Origin: Salisapilia sapeloensis CBS 127946
Lineage: Eukaryota > Protista > Oomycota
Reading direction: 5' to 3'
Length of the DNA stretch: 64,000 nt
Assembly: GCA_023334545.1 (NCBI GenBank)
Contig: JAADVB010000030.1
Span: 46,714 to 110,713 of the forward strand
Positions 58,653-64,000 of the stretch are shown here, in pieces (within the stretch, counting starts at the first letter, position 1; every line of letters begins with the position of its first letter). The notes below the pieces were generated by a model that was given only the letters and a program-made list of their open reading frames with translations, was not told where the DNA came from and ran no database searches. Position numbers and translations under genes: made by a program.

Positions 58653-59532
58653 ATGGAAGACGAGATTCAAAAGCGGCATGCAAACTTTCTCAAGTTATTG
58701 AGGCAAGGTGTGCAAGAAAAGATGGAAAAGGAAAGTGAGGAGGATGCGTGTCATGGAAACCAGAGTCGCACATGGCATACGCTATCATGGCGAGATGCGT
58801 ACTCGACTGCACCATACTTTCGTGTGGATGTGAATGGCAAGGAGTTATGCATTCACCAATTGCTGCAGGGAGAGTTAAAAGGACTAGGCACGGGACTTAC
58901 GGTAAGCGTATCTCTCATAATTAACAAGTTCTAGTAACTAACTCTGCTGTCAGGTCTGGCCAGCGGCTTGTGTCTTGACAAAGTATTTAGAACGTCAGAC
59001 AACATTAGACGTCAAGAATAAGTTCGTACTAGAGCTTGGTAGTGGGACAGGTGCAGTCGGTCTCGCGACTGCCATGCTGGGAGCTGACCGCGTCGTGATC
59101 ACGGACGTGCCGGAATTGGCGTTCATTATGCAAGAGAACGCTGAACTAACACAGCGCACACTCCCTTCTACGTCTACTATTCAGGTGGAGAGCTACGATT
59201 GGGGTCAACCTCCTCCTCCGACGATCATTCCAGACCCAACAACGTCTTCTTCGTACCCGGACTTGATCCTCGTCTCTGACTGCGTCCTTCCACGCCTATA
59301 CCCATTGCAACCGCTTGCAGACGCTCTTGATCGTCTGACGAAAGCTCATACGATCATATTCATGTCCTATGAGCATCGACATTACGAAAAGTTTCATCCG
59401 AAAGAAGCTTTCTGGCAGCTTTTACGCGATCGAGGTCTAGTACCTCGTGCGCTCGAAAGCCACGAGTACCATCCTCACTACCAAGCAGAGGACATTGAGA
59501 TCTGGCACGTCACAAGATCTGTAGGAAGCTAA
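58653..59532 (+). CDS. METTL21/Methyltransf_16 family protein-lysine methyltransferase, 2 exons
   Basis: GTGLT|VWPAACVL, VLELGSGTGAVG, VITD, DWG, DLILVSDC. Confidence 0.9.
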
Positions 59533-59575
59533 ATTTTGATTCATACATGCAAATTCTTTCCATCTAACTCGATGC

Positions 59576-62500
59576 CTACAATGTCGGTGGCGCTGCGTTC
59601 TGTAGTGCCAAGCAGTGCAAGTCTTCGTGGTTGCAAGCGTCGGCTGAAACGACATTCTGCGAATGGAGGTACTGCTGGAGGCCTTGTGTAGATAAAAGTG
59701 AGCAGAGGACATCGAGCTCCTGATCCTCTTTACTCATCTGTTTCACCTTTTGCTTTGCTTCCGAACGCTTCGTCTCGACGACTTGCTGCTCATGCTTGGG
59801 CACAATAGTAGTTGATGTTTCCTCCTCCTCTTCACCACCGAAACCTTCACTTATCATAGGCATACCATCGTCGGCATCAATCTGTGCATTATGGAAAGCG
59901 AGGATCGTCTTCTCAGCTGACGTCCGCTGCGTCTCATCATCACTGGTCAAGTGCTCTTCCAGCGTCTGTGCATCTTCCTCTGACAAGGCTCCCGACGCAA
60001 CTAAGAACTCCATTTGCGCACGTAGGATCATAAGCGAATCTTCCTCCGAGTACTCTTCTCCTAGCAGACCTTTTGCAGCTGCCTGCGTAGAGCTGCCCTT
60101 GAAGTGTAAAGTCTCCTTGACACTAGCGTACATGGAGCTCTGGTCCGGCACGACGTCAGCAGCAATGATCTTCTGTGGATTCGAATTGGCATAGGAAAAG
60201 TACTTCATGTAGTTCGACCACCAGTTCTCTCCCTTGGTATCGTCCGATGTGTCTGTCTTGTTCAGTTCCTGGAGAGACCGAGCTGCTTCGGCGCTCACCC
60301 AGCTCCAGAACATACCCCAAGTGACAGGGCCTTCAAACGATTCGTCCTGGATCACTCGCATCGTACTCTCGTATCCTTCCTCCGACACGGCACCTTCCGA
60401 CGCACCAAATAGTTTCGACATGAGTTGCGCACAGTCTTCCTTGGAGATCTCACCTTTCCCTCTCGGGTCGTATTCGTCAAAGAGGATGCGAGCACCGACT
60501 TCCAGACGATCAATATGTTCCTTGGCGTGCGTATGAGATTGAAAGTAGGCGGCAGTGTACCCAGAGTATGCTTTCGAGCCAGCAAACATACCGAGCATAC
60601 CTCCCGCGAGAGCAGCACCAGTCGCTGCAGCAATACCGATGGGACCAGTGATGCCTACGCCAGTCCAGAGACCAATGGCTGATGCGACACCGTAGGCACT
60701 GATGCCAGCGCCAGCCGCCGCAGCAGATCCTGTCACGACGTGTTCTGCTGCTTTCATCCGAAAGTCTTTCATCATCAACCGCTCACTCGTCTCGGACAGA
60801 ATACCCTTGGCTTTACGTTCCATGTGCCTCTTCCGGTACTCAAAGTACTCTTTACCAACGTCCACTAGAATCGACGCGACGGTCAATGGCGCAGCGACAG
60901 ATCCACCTAGGATCGGCGCTCTCGACATGCTCTTCGCAAGTGCTAGTCCACCAGCAGCACGAAGTCCACTGTCCAACGCACCATCTCGTCCGGCCGTCAC
61001 GATCGACCGGAACGTTTCACCTTGCTCCTGCGTCTCCAATGCGTAGTTCTTGACTACTTGCTCCGCGAGTGCCTTGCGTTTGTCTTCCAAAGCGTCTTTC
61101 TTGACTGCTAGAGCTTGCGCAGCGCCACGTGAGAGATGACTCTTCTGGATGTATCCCGTCATATTCCCTTCTTTGTAGTAGACGACTGCTGAGGTCTCTT
61201 TCTCCCTCCACTCCTGGACGGTGCCGAGACCATAAGGTGAGTCGACTGTCGATCCTGGAGGGAAAACAGGTCCGTCGTAGACTATCGGCGTCTGCGTCTC
61301 TGCGTCTGGTTCATCCTGGAAGAACGTCGTCATCTCTTGTGCGATATCGAGGCAGTCAAAGAACTCTTCTTCTGCCATGGCTTCGAGGTTGGCATTATCC
61401 TCTTCCGTCATACAGTCAAAGAACTCTTCCATCATATCGTCTTCAACCTGCCCGACTTTTGCCAACTCTTGCTCATGCGAAGGTCGGATGACAATGCCTC
61501 GTCCATTCGCACCGGAAGCCTTCATAGCTTCTTTCCGATCATGCTCCAGCAACTGCTCGTTCCTGGTCTGTCGCTGCGTCCGATGGTCTTCCAGTAGGAG
61601 CAAGAGGTACTCTGCCGGCATCTTGCGCACTGCATCAGCCTGTCGCCACTTCTTCGACGACTCGCTATACCTGGACCAGGCACTCACCACTAACGCCACA
61701 CTTGCTCCGACAGCGACTGCTCCACCGACCATAGAGATGGATCGCAAAGCACCACTGTGTCTTCCAGCCATATCCGATCGATTCGGAGCAGCCACGTCCG
61801 TCGGTAGCAAGTCATCGGGCTCGACGTACATGATTTTATCCTGCTGCTCAGCTCCAGCGCCTACGGTCCGGGACACACGCACGCGATTCGGAGCGAACAG
61901 GTTTTCGTGATTACCGACCGCAAGGTCGCGATTATGATGATGATGCTTGAGTGGCTGGCCTACGACCGTGGAACTGGAGGAAGTGAAGCGAGAAGTGACT
62001 TTAGAGACGACGGCTGAGCCTGAGTCGAGCACGTCTCTAAACGTCGCGATGGCTTCGTCTAGTGTCATGCCTCGCACCGTCCCGTATCGCATGAGTTCTT
62101 CCGAGAACGACAATCCTTTATTCAGCTCTTCATCATACTCTTCCCGCGCTTTCGGGTCTGATAAGACTTCATATGCTTCTGCAAGGAGTTTAAAGACACT
62201 TTCAGCCGACTCTCTCTCTCGAGGATTGATCGAAGCACCTGACCATCGGTCTGGATGCCATTTTAACGCGAGTTTCTTATAAGCTTTACGAATTTCCTTG
62301 TACGTCGCATGCCGACTGATGTTGAGTCGCTCATAGTAGTCCATGGTCGCATTGATCTGGATGGACTTGGATCGTCTTGCGATCGAATCGACGTATCCGC
62401 TCATGAGGTGCTGCATGATCGAATTACCTGTCAAAGCACCTCCACTCGCTTCTTCGCCTTCATCTAAGATCTTGGCAATTGTATCTGCGTCAGAATGCAT

Positions 62501-63610
62501 TTGATACCCACCTCCTTCTCGATCCATAAAGACATATGTGCCACACGGAATGTAGTTGTAGTCGATCTCTTTAAGCACATTACTCTCTCGTAGCTTTTCA
62601 AATGTCGACTGGAGGATGTTGAGACTCATGCTGACGTATGCCGAGGCGACAGAAGGAGGAGCGTAGTTACCTGCAGCCTCAGCCATACCAGGTAGACACT
62701 GCTGCATGGCAGCAGGAAGGAGGTTTAGAAGCGACTTGGTAGCTTTTGAAATTGTTACTAGACGCTCAGTCGTTTTGGCGAGACGAGCGGCGGATTGAGC
62801 GACGTTCAATACGCCTGGGATGCAGTCTCCTTCGTTCACGAACGTCACGACTCGTCCATTCACATCCAGCAGCTCGATATATGCGGAGAGTTCCTTGGAG
62901 CCAATGTACGGTGCACCAAAGCCGACTGCCATGACGTGTGGCACATTCTCCATTGCTGCCTGTAGTTCCTGTTCATCTACCGTTTCCAGAGCGTTGGACG
63001 AATGCGTGCTGCTACTTGCATTCCCACTCTCAGACTCTTCCGCATCGTCGTCGAGCGCTTCGAGTCTCAGCTGGAGTTTGGACGGTAGATGCTGATAGAC
63101 AAGCTCACACATACCGAGCTGCGCGACGCTGCCACCGATGGAATGACCACATAACAATAGCATCTTGCCACATTTGCGAGCTTCGCTGTACACTGTCTTG
63201 AGGTCCAACGCCTGAGCTCGTTTCCAGAATGGCGTGTGGATCTTGGCTCCACCGAAGCGGTATGTATAAGGTCGAGAGAGCGGGACGGTGGAGCCGAGCA
63301 CGGTTTCGACGACATCCCCCGTGGCGCCTGATTTTAATGCACAAATAACTGATTGCTCTGATTCTAGGACGACATATTCTTTGGTATCAATGAGAACTGG
63401 CAGACGAAGTCGATGGGGTAGAGGAGACGTCCGGATGTGCGTCTCAAGAGCTCTTCGACTAGCATCATTGGCCAATGCATCAGCGTCTGAAGATCGAAGA
63501 GAGCTGGTCGCTGTCACAGCTGCACATAGTACGGCAGCACTGAGTAATTCCGTTTCACTTGAAGCATTCGATTTGCCCGAAGTCCACCAGGAAATGGTCG
63601 AGTCTCCCAT
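59576..63610 (-). CDS. Class-3 lipase + J-domain + FFAT motifs + glycine-rich hydrophobic hairpin + EF-hand-like protein
   Basis: GHSIGG nucleophile, GFGAP, FVNEGDCIP; J-domain DYYERL..IRKAYKKLALKWHPD..FKLLAEAYEVLSDP; EFFDC twice; DPRGKGEISKED. Start placed at MGDSTISWW. Confidence 0.88.
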   Translation of the reverse strand: MGDSTISWWTSGKSNASSETELLSAAVLCAAVTATSSLRSSDADALANDASRRALETHIRTSPLPHRLRLPVLIDTKEYVVLESEQSVICALKSGATGDVVETVLGSTVPLSRPYTYRFGGAKIHTPFWKRAQALDLKTVYSEARKCGKMLLLCGHSIGGSVAQLGMCELVYQHLPSKLQLRLEALDDDAEESESGNASSSTHSSNALETVDEQELQAAMENVPHVMAVGFGAPYIGSKELSAYIELLDVNGRVVTFVNEGDCIPGVLNVAQSAARLAKTTERLVTISKATKSLLNLLPAAMQQCLPGMAEAAGNYAPPSVASAYVSMSLNILQSTFEKLRESNVLKEIDYNYIPCGTYVFMDREGGGYQMHSDADTIAKILDEGEEASGGALTGNSIMQHLMSGYVDSIARRSKSIQINATMDYYERLNISRHATYKEIRKAYKKLALKWHPDRWSGASINPRERESAESVFKLLAEAYEVLSDPKAREEYDEELNKGLSFSEELMRYGTVRGMTLDEAIATFRDVLDSGSAVVSKVTSRFTSSSSTVVGQPLKHHHHNRDLAVGNHENLFAPNRVRVSRTVGAGAEQQDKIMYVEPDDLLPTDVAAPNRSDMAGRHSGALRSISMVGGAVAVGASVALVVSAWSRYSESSKKWRQADAVRKMPAEYLLLLLEDHRTQRQTRNEQLLEHDRKEAMKASGANGRGIVIRPSHEQELAKVGQVEDDMMEEFFDCMTEEDNANLEAMAEEEFFDCLDIAQEMTTFFQDEPDAETQTPIVYDGPVFPPGSTVDSPYGLGTVQEWREKETSAVVYYKEGNMTGYIQKSHLSRGAAQALAVKKDALEDKRKALAEQVVKNYALETQEQGETFRSIVTAGRDGALDSGLRAAGGLALAKSMSRAPILGGSVAAPLTVASILVDVGKEYFEYRKRHMERKAKGILSETSERLMMKDFRMKAAEHVVTGSAAAAGAGISAYGVASAIGLWTGVGITGPIGIAAATGAALAGGMLGMFAGSKAYSGYTAAYFQSHTHAKEHIDRLEVGARILFDEYDPRGKGEISKEDCAQLMSKLFGASEGAVSEEGYESTMRVIQDESFEGPVTWGMFWSWVSAEAARSLQELNKTDTSDDTKGENWWSNYMKYFSYANSNPQKIIAADVVPDQSSMYASVKETLHFKGSSTQAAAKGLLGEEYSEEDSLMILRAQMEFLVASGALSEEDAQTLEEHLTSDDETQRTSAEKTILAFHNAQIDADDGMPMISEGFGGEEEEETSTTIVPKHEQQVVETKRSEAKQKVKQMSKEDQELDVLCSLLSTQGLQQYLHSQNVVSADACNHEDLHCLALQNAAPPTL

Positions 63611-63783
63611 CGTGGCTTCCGTCGAGTCCACGAGAAGCTTGTGCGAGTTGGAAGAGAAGATGAATATCTGATTTTGTAGTACCTGGATTCTGATTGGTAG
63701 AAATGAAACCTCCAATTCTTAAAGGGAAGACGGATGGAAACCTTGTGGCATGGCTCGAGGTACATCTTGGTTGATGCGGAAGA

Positions 63784-63950
63784 TTTACGCCGTATTCACG
63801 TTAAAAACCGATTCCACAAAATTGTGGATTTACTCTTCATTATTTTATCCATGATAATCGAATCGGCAAACTCTGCTGTCGTTGAGAATGGTCGATCATG
63901 TTTGCCACATGCCATTGGAAACCCAACGAGACACTTCCATATAACTTTCC
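63784..63950 (+). repeat. Diverged dispersed repeat, copy B (homologous to 32399-32566), inside ORF 63734-63979
   Basis: Same alignment as copy A; here the frame reading LSMIIESANSAVVENGRSCLPHAIGNPTRHF is open. Confidence 0.8.
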
Positions 63951-64000
63951 GATCAAGCCAGGAGTACAAAATCCAGTGATGGATAGTGATAATGGAAATG

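Overview
A eukaryotic nuclear window from a compact, gene-dense genome (~50-60% GC in genes, short GT-AG introns). Gene content and style suggest a stramenopile, probably an oomycete (inference). It holds about 21 intact protein genes: two kinesins, Asterix, an LRR-IQ protein, Nipped-B/Scc2, an HTH-aminotransferase, a PX-AGC kinase, an F-box/MATH protein, an AAA ATPase, an SR protein, RPL38, PNPase, Rictor, MRPL4, a hypothetical protein, a TYW3-Kelch-TYW2 fusion, APC1, poly(A) polymerase, POMP, FAM133-like, METTL21-like and a lipase-J-domain protein. Many are in head-to-head pairs. An 8.4-kb gene-free island (~6.9-15.3 kb) interrupts the genes. It has a ~3-kb core at ~20-25% GC that is depleted in TpC/GpA rather than CpA or CpG, and it carries a decayed ankyrin gene. 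The best leads are: (1) a pipsqueak-type HTH fused in one exon to an intact PLP aminotransferase, sharing a 93-bp promoter with tandem E2F sites with Nipped-B; (2) the TpC-depleted island (possible deaminase/RIP-like defence, or a centromere); (3) a USP7-derived protein with the protease domain deleted and an F-box added; (4) APC1 lacking its WD40 half; (5) a lipase-J-domain protein with duplicated FFAT motifs; (6) a two-KH PNPase, a ~150-nt fold-back and a diverged dispersed repeat. All calls were made by eye and exon boundaries are manual.
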